From Planctomycetota bacterium (GTDB lineage Bacteria > Planctomycetota > JAJSAM01 > JAJVHW01): a stretch of 64,000 nt of DNA. Shown one piece after another: positions 44,143 through 54,646 of the stretch (position 1 is the first letter of the stretch; each line of letters starts with the position of its first letter). Where the stretch lies: contig CBDFJG010000004.1 in assembly GCA_965248445.1 (NCBI GenBank), forward strand, positions 960,001-1,024,000. Direction: 5' to 3'. The notes under the pieces were generated by a model. It ran no database searches and had not been told where the DNA came from. It worked only from the letters and a program-made list of their open reading frames with translations. The position numbers were made by a program, and so were the translations under genes.

Positions 44143-46012
44143 TGGGGGGCACCTCCCCCTCGGATGGGATGTGATAGTCGGCGCCGACGCGGCCGGCTTC
44201 CAGATCGTCGATCTCGGCGCGGGCGATCTCCGCCAGCGCCGCGGGCGGCTGCGGTCGTTCCACCTTGCGCACCTCCATGCGACCGTCGGGACCCTTGCGG
44301 ATCACGATGTTGCACTTGCCCCACTCTTCGCGCTCGCCCTCGAAGTCGACGCGGGTGTGGGCGCCGCGGCTCTCCTCGCGCAAGAGCGCCGCGCGTGCGA
44401 CGGACTCCGCGGTGCGGCGTAGCGACTGCAGGGCGATGGCCTCGTGCCAGCCAGGGTTGTACTGGCTCGCGCCGTGCGCCTTGACGGAGTCGATCTCGGG
44501 GCCGAGCGCCTCGAGACCGTCGAGGCCCCTCTGGAGTCCCTCGCCCGTTCGGACGATGCCGACGCACTCGCCCATCAGGTCCTGCAGCTTGTCGTGGACG
44601 GCATAGGGGTTCGGGCCGGACTCGCGGTGCAGCGGTGCCGTGGCGCGCCGGAACGCGGCGAGGATCTGGTCGTCGTCCGCCGCCGTGCTCTTGTCGAGCC
44701 CCTTGATGTAGGCGTTGGCGCCCACTCCGGCGAGCCGGCCGAACACGATCAGGTCCGAGAGCGAGTTGCCGCCCAGGCGGTTCGCGCCGTGGAGTCCTGC
44801 AGCGCACTCGCCGCACGCGAACAACCCGGGCACGCGGGTCTCCTGCGTTTCGGCATCGACGCGCACGCCACCCATGAAGTAGTGGAGCGTCGGACCGACC
44901 TCCATGGGCTGCTTGGTGATGTCCACTTCGGCCAGTTCCTTGAACTGGTGGTACATGCCGGGGAGCTTGCGCTTGATGAACTCCGGCGGTCGGCGGGACG
45001 CGATGTCGAGGAACGCGCCGCCGTGCGGCGAGCCGCGCCCGGCCTTGACCTCGGCCGTGATTGCGCGGGCCACCACGTCGCGGGTGAGCAGTTCGGGCGG
45101 GCGGCGGGCGCCCTCGACGCCGTCGAGCCAGCGCTGCGCTTCCTCGATTGAATCCGCGGTCTCGGGTGCGAACCGCTCGGGGATGTAGCGGAACATGAAC
45201 CGCTCGCCCTCGCTGTTCAGCAGGATGCCGCCGTCGCCGCGGACGCCCTCGGTGACGAGTGTCCCGCGCACCGACGGCGGCCAGACCATGCCGGTCGGGT
45301 GGAACTGCGTGAACTCCATGTCCATCAGTTCCGCGCCGGCGTCGTAGGCGAGCGCCAGGCCGTCACCCGTGTACTCCCAGGAGTTGCTGGTGACGCGCCA
45401 CGCCTTGCCGCCGCCGCCGGTGGCGAGGATCACGGCCTTGCAGCGGAAGATCACGAAGCGCCCGGTCTCCCGCCAGTAGGCGGTGACGCCGGCGATGCGG
45501 TCGCCATCCTTCAGCAGTTCGAGCGCGGTGCACTCCATGTGTGCGGTGATGCCCTGGTGCACGCCGCGGTCCTGCAGCGTGCGGATCAGCTCGAGCCCCG
45601 TGCGGTCGCCGACGTGCGCGAGGCGCGGGTAACGGTGTCCGCCGAAGTTGCGCTGGCTGATCAACCCGTCCTTCGTGCGATCGAAGACGGCGCCCCAGTC
45701 CTCGAGCTCACGGACACGAGCGGGCGCCTGCTGCGCGTGCAGCTCGGCCATGCGCCACGTGTTGAGGAACTTGCCACCGCGCATGGTGTCGCGGAAGTGG
45801 ATCTTCCAGTTGTCCCGGCGGTCCACGTTGGCGAGCGCGGCGGCCATGCCACCCTCGGCCATGACCGTGTGGGCCTTGCCGAGCAGGCTCTTGGAGAGGA
45901 GCCCGGTACTGAGACCGAGCGCGCTGCACTCGATCGCGGCACGCAGCCCGGCACCGCCGGCGCCGATGACGACGACGTCGTGCTCGATTGTCTGGATCTC
46001 TTTGACGTCCAT
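44135..46012 (-). CDS. sdhA: Succinate dehydrogenase/fumarate reductase flavoprotein subunit
   Basis: GAGGAG, AHTVMAEGG (FAD His), QFHPTG, HYFMGG, HGANRLGGNSL, ESRGAH. Confidence 0.96.
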   Translation of the reverse strand: MDVKEIQTIEHDVVVIGAGGAGLRAAIECSALGLSTGLLSKSLLGKAHTVMAEGGMAAALANVDRRDNWKIHFRDTMRGGKFLNTWRMAELHAQQAPARVRELEDWGAVFDRTKDGLISQRNFGGHRYPRLAHVGDRTGLELIRTLQDRGVHQGITAHMECTALELLKDGDRIAGVTAYWRETGRFVIFRCKAVILATGGGGKAWRVTSNSWEYTGDGLALAYDAGAELMDMEFTQFHPTGMVWPPSVRGTLVTEGVRGDGGILLNSEGERFMFRYIPERFAPETADSIEEAQRWLDGVEGARRPPELLTRDVVARAITAEVKAGRGSPHGGAFLDIASRRPPEFIKRKLPGMYHQFKELAEVDITKQPMEVGPTLHYFMGGVRVDAETQETRVPGLFACGECAAGLHGANRLGGNSLSDLIVFGRLAGVGANAYIKGLDKSTAADDDQILAAFRRATAPLHRESGPNPYAVHDKLQDLMGECVGIVRTGEGLQRGLDGLEALGPEIDSVKAHGASQYNPGWHEAIALQSLRRTAESVARAALLREESRGAHTRVDFEGEREEWGKCNIVIRKGPDGRMEVRKVERPQPPAALAEIARAEIDDLEAGRVGADYHIPSEGEVPPSG

Positions 46013-46846
46013 TCAGTTCCAGGTGTTGAGGTCGGTGATGACGCCCATGGAGACGAGCCGGACGTAGACGTCGGTCAGTCCCACGCCGAACAGACTGACC
46101 CAGGCAAAGTTCATGTGCCGCATGTTCAGCCACGATGCGCCACGCCACGACCGGTAGCGAGCGGTGTTGACACCGCACGACATGCAGTCGTCGTGTCCGC
46201 CGATCAGGTGCCGGAAGGAGTGGCACCCGAGTGTGTACCCACCGAGCAGCGTGGCGTTGGTGAACAGCACCAGCGTGCCGACGCCGATGCCCCACTCACC
46301 GTCCTTGCGTAGCGCGACGAACGCGTCGTAGTAGAGGATCACCACGAAGATCAGTGCGAAGTAGAGCGCGTACCGGTGCAGGTTCTGGAAGACCAGCAGA
46401 CCTGTCTCGCCCTTGTACGGCTTCTTGCCCTTGGCGATCGGCGTCACGGCGCAGCCCGGCGGGGAACCGACGAACGCGCGGTAGTACGCCTTGCGGTAGT
46501 AGTAGCAGGTGAAGCGGAAGGCGCCCGGGAAGGCGAGGATGAAGAACGCCGGGGACGCCGGCAGGAACGATGGCCACCACGACGGCCACGCCCCGAACCA
46601 CGAATGCTCGAGCGGCGCTCCGCCCGCTGCCTCGGGGACGGTGGCGATCACCGGCGAGTAGAACGGGCTGAGGTACGGGCTCGCGTAGTAGTGCTCGCCC
46701 TGGAACGCGGCCCACGTGGCGTAGATGGCGAAGGCACCGAGCACCGCGACGGTGAGACCCGGGCCGACCCACCACCGGTCGGGCCTGACCGTGGCGGCCA
46801 GGCCTTCGGGGTGTCCTCCGATCGAGAGACCTCGAGTGCCCGCCAC
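46013..46846 (-). CDS. Sdh1-type membrane anchor (Rv0249c-like)
   Basis: TM helices with YLSPFYSP, FRFTCYYYRKAYYR, FQNLHRY, GCHSFRH; first gene of the sdh operon. Confidence 0.88.
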   Translation of the reverse strand: MAGTRGLSIGGHPEGLAATVRPDRWWVGPGLTVAVLGAFAIYATWAAFQGEHYYASPYLSPFYSPVIATVPEAAGGAPLEHSWFGAWPSWWPSFLPASPAFFILAFPGAFRFTCYYYRKAYYRAFVGSPPGCAVTPIAKGKKPYKGETGLLVFQNLHRYALYFALIFVVILYYDAFVALRKDGEWGIGVGTLVLFTNATLLGGYTLGCHSFRHLIGGHDDCMSCGVNTARYRSWRGASWLNMRHMNFAWVSLFGVGLTDVYVRLVSMGVITDLNTWN

Positions 46847-46983
46847 GTAAGCTCCTCTGCCCGCCTTGAGCCGCCCATGACCCAGGTCGCGGCGAGGCTA
46901 CGACGCGGCCGCGAAGATCCACAAGTTCATGCGACGTTCCGCCGCGCATTGGCGAAGCGGCGTGACCTACGAGCCGGGGTGAC

Positions 46984-48018
46984 CTAGAAGATCCGCTCGA
47001 GCAGCAGGTTCGCGACGAGTTCGTGAGCGTGCTCGTTCGGGTGGTCGTCCAGCGAGTTCACCCGCAGCTGTTCGCGAGTCTGTCCCGCCCACGCCTCGCG
47101 CAGATCGACCACCGGCACGCCCAGGCTGCTCCAACTCTCCTCGATGCGGTCGTGCCATGCCGCGAACGGATAGTCCGGCCCCCAGTGGGAGATCAGGGGG
47201 AACACGACCACGTCCAGGCCGACGTTCGCGTCGCGGCAGATCCGCTGAAGCGCCCGCATCCGCTCGACCTGCGCGGCGAACCGTGCGGGATCGCGGTGGA
47301 ACAGGTCGAGTTCCGCGAAGTACTGCTCTGCCAGCGTCGTGTCCGTGATCGATGTGCGAATGACCAGGTGGTCGAGCAAGAACGAGTGCGCGCGCAGCGA
47401 GCCCGGCCGCGCGTCCGACCACGGCGCCAGATCGCCGATGCCGCGCGGGAGCAAGTCCTGCACGTCGTTCGGTGCGTACGCGAGGACGACACGGTCCACC
47501 GGGCAGCGCCGCAGCATTTGGGTGAGGATCAGCGTCTCGTCTGCTGTGTGCGCGCCGATCTTCCCGATGTTCCAGACCTCGTACCGGCCGGGTGCCCGGC
47601 GTTCGAGTTCCGCGCGCACGCGATCCGGGAAGCGGTCGTCCAGATTCGGTACGCCGTAGCCCCACGTGAACGAGTCGCCGATGAAGACGATCCGCTCGAC
47701 GCCCGGTGCCTTCTCGATCCGGAACTCGCGGTCGCGCCAGTCGAACGAGTTGAGTTGCTCGTGCTGCGCGAACCACTTGCGCGATGTGAGCGCACCTCCG
47801 TGCCACATCGTCGTGTCGTAGAAGAAGCGGAGATACGTCTCGCCGATGACGATCACCGCTCCGAGCAGCGCGATGACCACGAGCCCGTTCCCGACGATGA
47901 GTTGCAGGCGCGACGGCGACTTGCGGTGCCGCCGGAAGTACATCACCGATGCGAGGAGCGGGACGAACAGAACCAGCCAGTGCAGAAGGTAGTCCACGAT
48001 CGATCCTTCGCCTGGCAC
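46984..48018 (-). CDS. Membrane-anchored SGNH/GDSL hydrolase
   Basis: Two TM helices, GDSFTWG, ND block, DDHPN. Confidence 0.88.
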   Translation of the reverse strand: MPGEGSIVDYLLHWLVLFVPLLASVMYFRRHRKSPSRLQLIVGNGLVVIALLGAVIVIGETYLRFFYDTTMWHGGALTSRKWFAQHEQLNSFDWRDREFRIEKAPGVERIVFIGDSFTWGYGVPNLDDRFPDRVRAELERRAPGRYEVWNIGKIGAHTADETLILTQMLRRCPVDRVVLAYAPNDVQDLLPRGIGDLAPWSDARPGSLRAHSFLLDHLVIRTSITDTTLAEQYFAELDLFHRDPARFAAQVERMRALQRICRDANVGLDVVVFPLISHWGPDYPFAAWHDRIEESWSSLGVPVVDLREAWAGQTREQLRVNSLDDHPNEHAHELVANLLLERIF

Positions 48019-48209
48019 GAGCCGATCTTCGGGCCCGTTGCGACGCTCGTCGATCCATTTCGCCGCTGCGCTGCTCAGGTTCGGAGCGCGGAGTGCGGCG
48101 CCGGTACCGCGCTACGGGTTGCTACCGATCGTTGACTTGGCCTGAGAACCCGCACTAGCGTCTCCCGGGCGCCGGCGTCCGCTTTGGTGCTGAGGGGGGA
48201 GCTGATCCG

Positions 48210-48878
48210 ATGCAGGCGGCCCGCGAGATCGACCGGACGACGACGCCCGACGGCGAGACGTTGACGCTGCTCGAACATGCCGGCGACCACATCGTTCGGG
48301 TGGGCGGGCTCACTCTCATGTCGAGCGCGGAGCATCACTCCGAGGAGCAGATGGCGGAGGTCGCGTGCGCGCGACTCGCAGACCGGGCCACAGCGTGCGT
48401 GCTGGTGGGCGGGCTCGGAATGGGCTACACGCTACGGGCGGTGCTCGATCGTGTGCGCGCGGACGCGACGGTCGTCGTCGCGGAACTTCTGCCGGCCGTC
48501 GTCGAGTGGAACCGCGGCCCGTTGGCGCCCCTGGCCGGCCACCCGCTCGCCGACCCGCGCGTGCAGGTCGAGATCTGCGACGTGGTCGATCATCTTGCCG
48601 CGCGTCCGGTGCCCTACGACGCCATCCTCCTCGACGTGGACAACGGCCCCGAGCCGCTCACCACAGACAGCAACGAGCGGCTCTACGGCGGCCCCGGCCT
48701 CGAACGAGTCCGCGCCGCGCTGTCCCCCGGCGGCGTGGTCGTGGTGTGGTCGGCATTCGCGTGTCCGCCCTTCGTGGAGTCGCTGAAGCGCGCGCGACTC
48801 GCGCCCGACGTCGTGCGGGCCCGCGCACGGCGCGGGAAGGGCCCGATGCACACTCTGTATGTCGGCCGCCGTCGGTGA
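48210..48878 (+). CDS. Spermidine synthase-like SAM-dependent methyltransferase
   Basis: LMSS..H.SE, VLVGGLGMGYTL, DAILLDVDNGP. Confidence 0.88.
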   Translation: MQAAREIDRTTTPDGETLTLLEHAGDHIVRVGGLTLMSSAEHHSEEQMAEVACARLADRATACVLVGGLGMGYTLRAVLDRVRADATVVVAELLPAVVEWNRGPLAPLAGHPLADPRVQVEICDVVDHLAARPVPYDAILLDVDNGPEPLTTDSNERLYGGPGLERVRAALSPGGVVVVWSAFACPPFVESLKRARLAPDVVRARARRGKGPMHTLYVGRRR

Positions 48879-48908
48879 GATTGCGCCGGGTCGGCTAGAG
48901 TCGCCGGC

Positions 48909-49181
48909 ATGTGCCTGGCGGTTCTTCTCGGCCTGATCGTCCCACGTGTGACGCTGGTCCTGCTCTGGCTCCTCACGAACTGGACGGAGGCGCTCCGCCC
49001 CTGGTGGCTCGGACTGCTTGGCTTCTTCATCGTCCCGTTCACGACGCTCGCCTACGTGCTCATTCACCACTGGAGCGGCAGCGTCGAGATGAAGGTGGGC
49101 CATCTGTTGATCCTGGCGGTCGCGTTCGCGATGGACGCCGGCTCGTGGGGCGGCACGCGCGGGGGCAAGGGCAAGTCGTAG
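48909..49181 (+). CDS. Small integral membrane protein
   Basis: Hydrophobic, with PR and LGF...P.TTLAY patterns. Confidence 0.8.
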   Translation: MCLAVLLGLIVPRVTLVLLWLLTNWTEALRPWWLGLLGFFIVPFTTLAYVLIHHWSGSVEMKVGHLLILAVAFAMDAGSWGGTRGGKGKS

Positions 49182-49199
49182 CCGCCGGCTGAGCCCTCG

Positions 49200-49862
49200 C
49201 TATGCGTTCGGTTCGGCGTCGTCCTCGCCGGTGAACTCGCCTACCGCCGCGCGTACGTCGTCCGTGACCATCCAGATGACCGCCTTCCAGCGCAGAGAGC
49301 GGCGGCGCTTGTACAGGCAGCAGACGTGTCCGTGACTCCAGACCTCGCGGAGTTCGCCGCGCCGGAACGCCACCTCGATCGCGGGCTCGCGGACGACCGT
49401 GTGCCAGGAGTCGGGGCCGACGGTGTACGTCACGTGGAACGGCGCGACCTCGAGCGTCTTCCGCACGATCTTGCGCGCCGTCCGATCGGAGATGCGGACG
49501 AGCCAGTCATCCCGCATGCGTTCGCGGCCCTTCCAGCCGACGATCAGCGCGAAGTACGACAGCATCCCGAACGCGACGGCGGTGCCACCCCAGCCCAGCA
49601 CGTGTCGGGGCGGGTCATCGCCCGCGAGGATCGTCAAGGTCAGGGCGAGGCTCCCGAGGCAGCCGATGGGCGCAAGCACCTGAATGACGCGGAATGCGAC
49701 GCGGCGGTTCACGAAGCGGATGGTGTTCATGCGGGTCGCGGCCGCCCTGGCGCGTTCCAGCAGGACATGACGGAAGCTCGCCTCGGCTGCGATCACGTGC
49801 TCGCGCGTGACCTCGACCTCGAGCACCACCGGTTCGCCCGAGTTGCTCGAGGAGATGTTCAA
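49200..49862 (-). CDS. Hypothetical two-TM membrane protein (YcxB-like architecture)
   Basis: Two TM helices followed by a beta-rich C-terminus; start uncertain. Confidence 0.6.
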   Translation of the reverse strand: MNISSSNSGEPVVLEVEVTREHVIAAEASFRHVLLERARAAATRMNTIRFVNRRVAFRVIQVLAPIGCLGSLALTLTILAGDDPPRHVLGWGGTAVAFGMLSYFALIVGWKGRERMRDDWLVRISDRTARKIVRKTLEVAPFHVTYTVGPDSWHTVVREPAIEVAFRRGELREVWSHGHVCCLYKRRRSLRWKAVIWMVTDDVRAAVGEFTGEDDAEPNA

Positions 49863-49869
49863 GGCGCCG

Positions 49870-51129
49870 CTAGAGCCCCTGCACCCACTCGACCAGGTCT
49901 TTCACCATCGCGTTGAAGTCGGTCCCGTCCCAGGCGCCGGCTGCGGCGCCGGGGTCACCGGTCTCACGCACCGCGTCGAGCGATGCGCGGTACAGCTTGC
50001 GCCACTTCTTCGGGCACTCCTTCGAGCGGAGGAACGCTTGGTGCACGATCAGCATGCCCAGGTCCCCCGGGCCCATCACCTGCGAGATGTTGCGGCGCAA
50101 CTGGGCGTCGAGGCGCGTCGAGCGCGTCGCGACCGAGGTCTTGCGGCGTCTGATCGTCTTCGAGTCCATCTCGTGCGGGTCGTATGCGGGGCGGGGCGCA
50201 AAGGCGAACCACTTCGTCAGTCCGTGTTGCAGCCACGTCGGCGCACTGCCCCCGAACCAGTCGGACAGCGCCTGGGCGACGCCGCAGTACGCGAGCGAAA
50301 GGCCCTCCCGGTCTCCGAGGTCCATTCCCGCCAGAATTGCGACGGCGTCGGCGTGGGGCAGGTAGATCGCCCGGTCGGGGTGTGCCGTGTTCCAGTCGCC
50401 TGCGCGCGCCTGCGCCGCGAATTCGTCTGCGTCGTCGAAGATCCAGAGCACCGGCACGCCCGTGTCGACCGGCTTCCCCTTCATCTCCTTCAGAACCATG
50501 CGCCGCGCAGCCGCGAGGGGTGCCACGACGGCCTTGATCTCCTTGGTCGTCGCGTCGCCGGCCCACACCTCGAACCCGCCGACCTTGCGGGACTTGCTGC
50601 CCGACGGTGGGGCTGCCGGCCCGGGGTCCCGTAGCACTTGCACCGACTCGAAGATCGCGCCGAGTTGCTTCTCGGCGTCGTGATCGCCCTCCGGAGTCCA
50701 GAACTGGGCACGCAACACGATCACAGCGCCCGCCCGTTCGATGCACCGGAACCAGAACGTGTACCGCGGCTCGTGTACGTACGCGCGCTGGATCCAGCCC
50801 TCGCCCGTCTTCGTGGTAGCTCCGAGCGGCCTGGAGTCATCGCCCAGCCGCGCGAGGACCTGGATGCCGCGCCTGCTCTCGCGTGAGACGGAGACGTCGA
50901 TCGTGCACGTGAGCAGGTCGTCGCTCTTGCCCAGACGGCCGGTCCACGCACCGAGTGAGCCTCGCGCCGCCGCGCTCTTGGGCCCCTCCGCCGGTGCGGC
51001 AGCCCAGCCGCTCGGCAACCGAAGCGAGATCAGACCCGTCGGGTCCTGCGCGAGGTCCTGCGCCGCCGCCGGAGTCGGTGCCACGGCCACGGCGAACAGG
51101 AAGACGACGACTCGAGCGGCGCAGGTCAC
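49870..51129 (-). CDS. Secreted hypothetical protein with a degenerate peptidase MA-like region
   Basis: Signal peptide; P.WL..GL motif without HExxH. Confidence 0.65.
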   Translation of the reverse strand: MTCAARVVVFLFAVAVAPTPAAAQDLAQDPTGLISLRLPSGWAAAPAEGPKSAAARGSLGAWTGRLGKSDDLLTCTIDVSVSRESRRGIQVLARLGDDSRPLGATTKTGEGWIQRAYVHEPRYTFWFRCIERAGAVIVLRAQFWTPEGDHDAEKQLGAIFESVQVLRDPGPAAPPSGSKSRKVGGFEVWAGDATTKEIKAVVAPLAAARRMVLKEMKGKPVDTGVPVLWIFDDADEFAAQARAGDWNTAHPDRAIYLPHADAVAILAGMDLGDREGLSLAYCGVAQALSDWFGGSAPTWLQHGLTKWFAFAPRPAYDPHEMDSKTIRRRKTSVATRSTRLDAQLRRNISQVMGPGDLGMLIVHQAFLRSKECPKKWRKLYRASLDAVRETGDPGAAAGAWDGTDFNAMVKDLVEWVQGL

Positions 51130-51231
51130 GCCCCATGCTCACGTACCGCTGCGCCTCCGTCCAGACCGGCCGGGGACGATCTCGCCGCCCGTGATGCTGG
51201 TCGCTGCCGACGGGTCTACTACGCTGGGTGC

Positions 51232-54200
51232 GTGCAGGGCGGACCCGTGCGACGGATTGCGGCAGGGATGGTGGCACTCGTTCTGCTCTCCGCACCGCTG
51301 ACGTCGCATGCGCAGGACGCCGTGAGCGAAGCGAAACGCCGCCGTGGACAGGGCGTCGCCGCCGCGAAGGCGGGGGATCTGGGCGCCGCGAGACACCATC
51401 TCCTCGCCGCCGTGGCACTCGATCCGTCGTCCGTCGACTTGTACGGCGACCTGGCAGCGCTCGACCGGGCCGATCCCGAGCTGCGCGCGCTCTGGGCGCA
51501 CGCGGCTGCACTGGCAGGATGCGACGCGAGCGGGAGGGTGGCCAAAGCCCAGGTGGATCTCGCGGACGCCAGCCGGGTCGTGGTGAAGCGTGCCCGTGCA
51601 GCCAAAGCCGCCGCCGCCGCTGCGGGACGGCTCAAGAACGCCGTGCACGAGCCGACGCGGCAGTGGCTCCTCGGACTCTCGAGGACGCTGACGGACGGAT
51701 CGAGTGTGCTCTCCACCGCGCACGTGGGCGCATTCGAGAAGGCCGCGGGGAACACGGCTCCCGACGTCGACAAGCTCACGAGCGCTCTGGCGGAACTCAT
51801 GCAGTCCGCGTACGCGGCGGGAGATCTCGAAACGGCTCTCGAAGCAGCGCGGACGATGCGCGGACTGGCCATGCAGGCGGGCCAGGCAAAGAACGCGCCG
51901 GCGCTTCCGACGGCCGCGCTGACGGCGGCGCTCGCGATGATCCGCAAGGTGCGCGCGGACCTGCGCCGTGCTGAGGAGCAGCGCGCGAAAGACGCGGTGG
52001 CGGGCGCCGAGCCGGTCGTCTGGACCGTCGAGTCACTCGAGTCGGTGCCGGAGGACGACGTCGATGCGTGGAGCGCCAAGCGGACGAAGTGGACCGCGCC
52101 GGGCGTTGCCCTGTCGCCGACGGAGCTCTACCGCGTCGAGACGATCTGTGGTCACGCCACGCTGCTGCACATCACGCGCGACGTCGAGTACCACCATGCG
52201 CGCCTGATCAAGTGGTACGGCCGCGACCCGTTCGACGGGCGGCGGGGACTCGTGCGCCTCTCCCCGGACTATCGCGACTTCGAGGGCGAGGGAGCTCCGT
52301 TCTGGTGGGCCGGCGGCTTCCAGGCTGGCGATGTCACGACCATGATCGTGCGCTTCGCGAGCCGCGATCCGCTGAATGGCACGCTCTGTCACGAACTGAC
52401 GCACCGGTTCGACGGAGCGATCTTCCCGGGGATGCCGTCGTGGCTGAGCGAGGGGCACGCCGTCTACACCGCGAGGGGAAGCCTGTACCCCGAAGCCGAG
52501 GAGGTGGACGAGGACATCATCCGCTGGAACGACCTCGGGACGACGCATCAGAACGGCTACGCGACACCGAAGGGCCTCCGCGACTTCATCACCGGACGTG
52601 TCGACGACTACCGGCACAACTATCCCGGCGGGTACTCGCTCTACACGTTCCTGCGCCGCTTCCGCGGGTTCGACGGGAAGCAGAAGGACAAGCCGTTGTT
52701 CGCATCGCGTCTCCCCGCGTACATGGCGAGCTTCCGCGCACGATCGATGGTCCCGCCGGAGAAACGGCTCGTGGGGCACTTCGCGGACGGCAAGGACGGA
52801 CGGCCCGACGGATTCAGTGCATTCGCGGACATGTGGGCGCGCTTCCTCAGGGAGGGCGGGCTCGTCGGCCGCGACAAGGGCACGTGGGTCGAGGCGTGGG
52901 ACGATGCCGACACGGAGGCACGCGAGAAGGCGCAGCGCCATCGCAGCCGGTCCGCCGATGTGTTCGACCGCAAGACGTTCCAGCCCGGCCGAACGCGGCA
53001 CGATCCGCCAGATCATGGGCAGGAGCACGCCCGCGTCGCGGCGCGGCTGCTGACCGCCGGAGGGAAGACGGCGGCGGCGCTCGAGGCGTACCACTGGGCG
53101 CTGCGCGCTGACGAAGCGACCGCGGAGGACTTCGTGGCGGCGGCGGCGCTCGCGGAGTCCGCGGGGCGCGAAGACGTGGCGTGGGTGTCCCGTCTGCTCG
53201 CGCATCGCATCGACCCTCCCGCGCACGCCGTGCCGGAAGGCGAGTTGAGTGGGGCGGCTTCGCCGGCCTGGCGCGCTGCACGAGCGGCGGCCGACGCGTA
53301 CGGTGTGCGGGCCGCGGCCGCACACGAGGCCGGACACCTGCGGCTGGCGCGCGCGCTCCGCGCAGAACAGGACGCCATCGTCGCGTGGCTCGGGCAGGCC
53401 CGCATCGCGGATCTCACGCCGGAGGAAGCAACGCTCGTCGGCGGAGTCTCGCCGCGCGTTCCGGAGCTCCGCCCGGAGAGGAACCTGGTGATCGGCGGGC
53501 TGGTCGAGGAGCGCTGGGCGCCTCTCGACTCCGAACCGGGCGAGCCGTGGTACGCGCCGGATGGACACTCGGTCGAACTTGGGCGCCGCGAGCCGGGGAA
53601 GTCACAGACGGGACAGGTGCGCGACGGCCGCGAGCGGCGGATCTTCGTCCGCACGAAGGACTGGCTCTCCGGCACGTACTCGGTGCGCGTGCGCGTGCGG
53701 TTCCTGTCGCTCCTGACGATGTCGCGGATCGTGATCGGGCAGACACATCGCGACCGCGGCGTCGAGATCCACGTGAACAGCGGAGAGTGGCGGCGTGACG
53801 ACGACGCGAAGAAGCGCGGCTTGCGGTCTATTCAGCTGAACGTCACCGATCTCCGCCCGTACAGCGGAAAGACCAGCCCACTGTCCGAACGCGTGGGGTT
53901 CTCGTCGCCCCGGGAGGTGTTCGAGGTCGTCGCCCACGTGACGGGACCGTACGTGCGGGTGCTGATCAACGGCAAGGAGCGCGTCTCGTTCCGCCGCGAG
54001 ACAGGACAGCCGATCGAGGGTCACGTCGGCTTCGGCCTGCAGCGCGGCATCGTGCGGTTCGAGGAACCCGTGACGCGTCGGCACCGTGTGCTCGGACCCG
54101 ACCGGGTGTCGCCCGCAGAGCGCTTCGACGCACCACTCGATCTGTCCCGGGAGAGCGACTTCCCGTGGGACACGATCGTCGGCCGCCGGGTCGTCGGGTT

Positions 54201-54603
54201 GCCGCGTCATGCTCGCGGGACGCTGCTCCTTTGGTGGCCGGAGGACACGCCCGATGAGCTGTGGGAACTGTCCGAGATGAACCAGAAGCACGTCAAGTGC
54301 ACGGCCTGGGTCGAGCGTGGTGGCTTCCCAGTGTCCGTGCGCGTCGCGGTGCCGCAGGATGCGCCGGAGGACATCCCTGTGTGGGCGGAGCAGCCGTTCC
54401 TGCGTCATCACGGTCACGCCGACGTATCGGACTCCGTCAAACGCGCGGGCGAGGAGGAGGACGGAGGCGGCTACCTCTGGCGCGGCTACCCGCCCATCCC
54501 CGTCTGGCTCATGCTCGACGAGAGGAACGTCGTGCGCTCGGCCGGCCCGCGCGCCCCGACGACGCGCGCCGTCGCGCTGGCGCACGCCCTCGCCGGGCGA
54601 TGA
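51232..54603 (+). CDS. Large secreted protein with a gluzincin (peptidase MA-like) domain
   Basis: Signal peptide; HELTH followed by PSWLSEGHA; helical repeats and a beta-sandwich region. Confidence 0.75.
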   Translation: MQGGPVRRIAAGMVALVLLSAPLTSHAQDAVSEAKRRRGQGVAAAKAGDLGAARHHLLAAVALDPSSVDLYGDLAALDRADPELRALWAHAAALAGCDASGRVAKAQVDLADASRVVVKRARAAKAAAAAAGRLKNAVHEPTRQWLLGLSRTLTDGSSVLSTAHVGAFEKAAGNTAPDVDKLTSALAELMQSAYAAGDLETALEAARTMRGLAMQAGQAKNAPALPTAALTAALAMIRKVRADLRRAEEQRAKDAVAGAEPVVWTVESLESVPEDDVDAWSAKRTKWTAPGVALSPTELYRVETICGHATLLHITRDVEYHHARLIKWYGRDPFDGRRGLVRLSPDYRDFEGEGAPFWWAGGFQAGDVTTMIVRFASRDPLNGTLCHELTHRFDGAIFPGMPSWLSEGHAVYTARGSLYPEAEEVDEDIIRWNDLGTTHQNGYATPKGLRDFITGRVDDYRHNYPGGYSLYTFLRRFRGFDGKQKDKPLFASRLPAYMASFRARSMVPPEKRLVGHFADGKDGRPDGFSAFADMWARFLREGGLVGRDKGTWVEAWDDADTEAREKAQRHRSRSADVFDRKTFQPGRTRHDPPDHGQEHARVAARLLTAGGKTAAALEAYHWALRADEATAEDFVAAAALAESAGREDVAWVSRLLAHRIDPPAHAVPEGELSGAASPAWRAARAAADAYGVRAAAAHEAGHLRLARALRAEQDAIVAWLGQARIADLTPEEATLVGGVSPRVPELRPERNLVIGGLVEERWAPLDSEPGEPWYAPDGHSVELGRREPGKSQTGQVRDGRERRIFVRTKDWLSGTYSVRVRVRFLSLLTMSRIVIGQTHRDRGVEIHVNSGEWRRDDDAKKRGLRSIQLNVTDLRPYSGKTSPLSERVGFSSPREVFEVVAHVTGPYVRVLINGKERVSFRRETGQPIEGHVGFGLQRGIVRFEEPVTRRHRVLGPDRVSPAERFDAPLDLSRESDFPWDTIVGRRVVGLPRHARGTLLLWWPEDTPDELWELSEMNQKHVKCTAWVERGGFPVSVRVAVPQDAPEDIPVWAEQPFLRHHGHADVSDSVKRAGEEEDGGGYLWRGYPPIPVWLMLDERNVVRSAGPRAPTTRAVALAHALAGR

Positions 54604-54646
54604 CCGGCCGGTATTCGTCGAGGCCGGTCGCTACTCCTCGAGGCCG

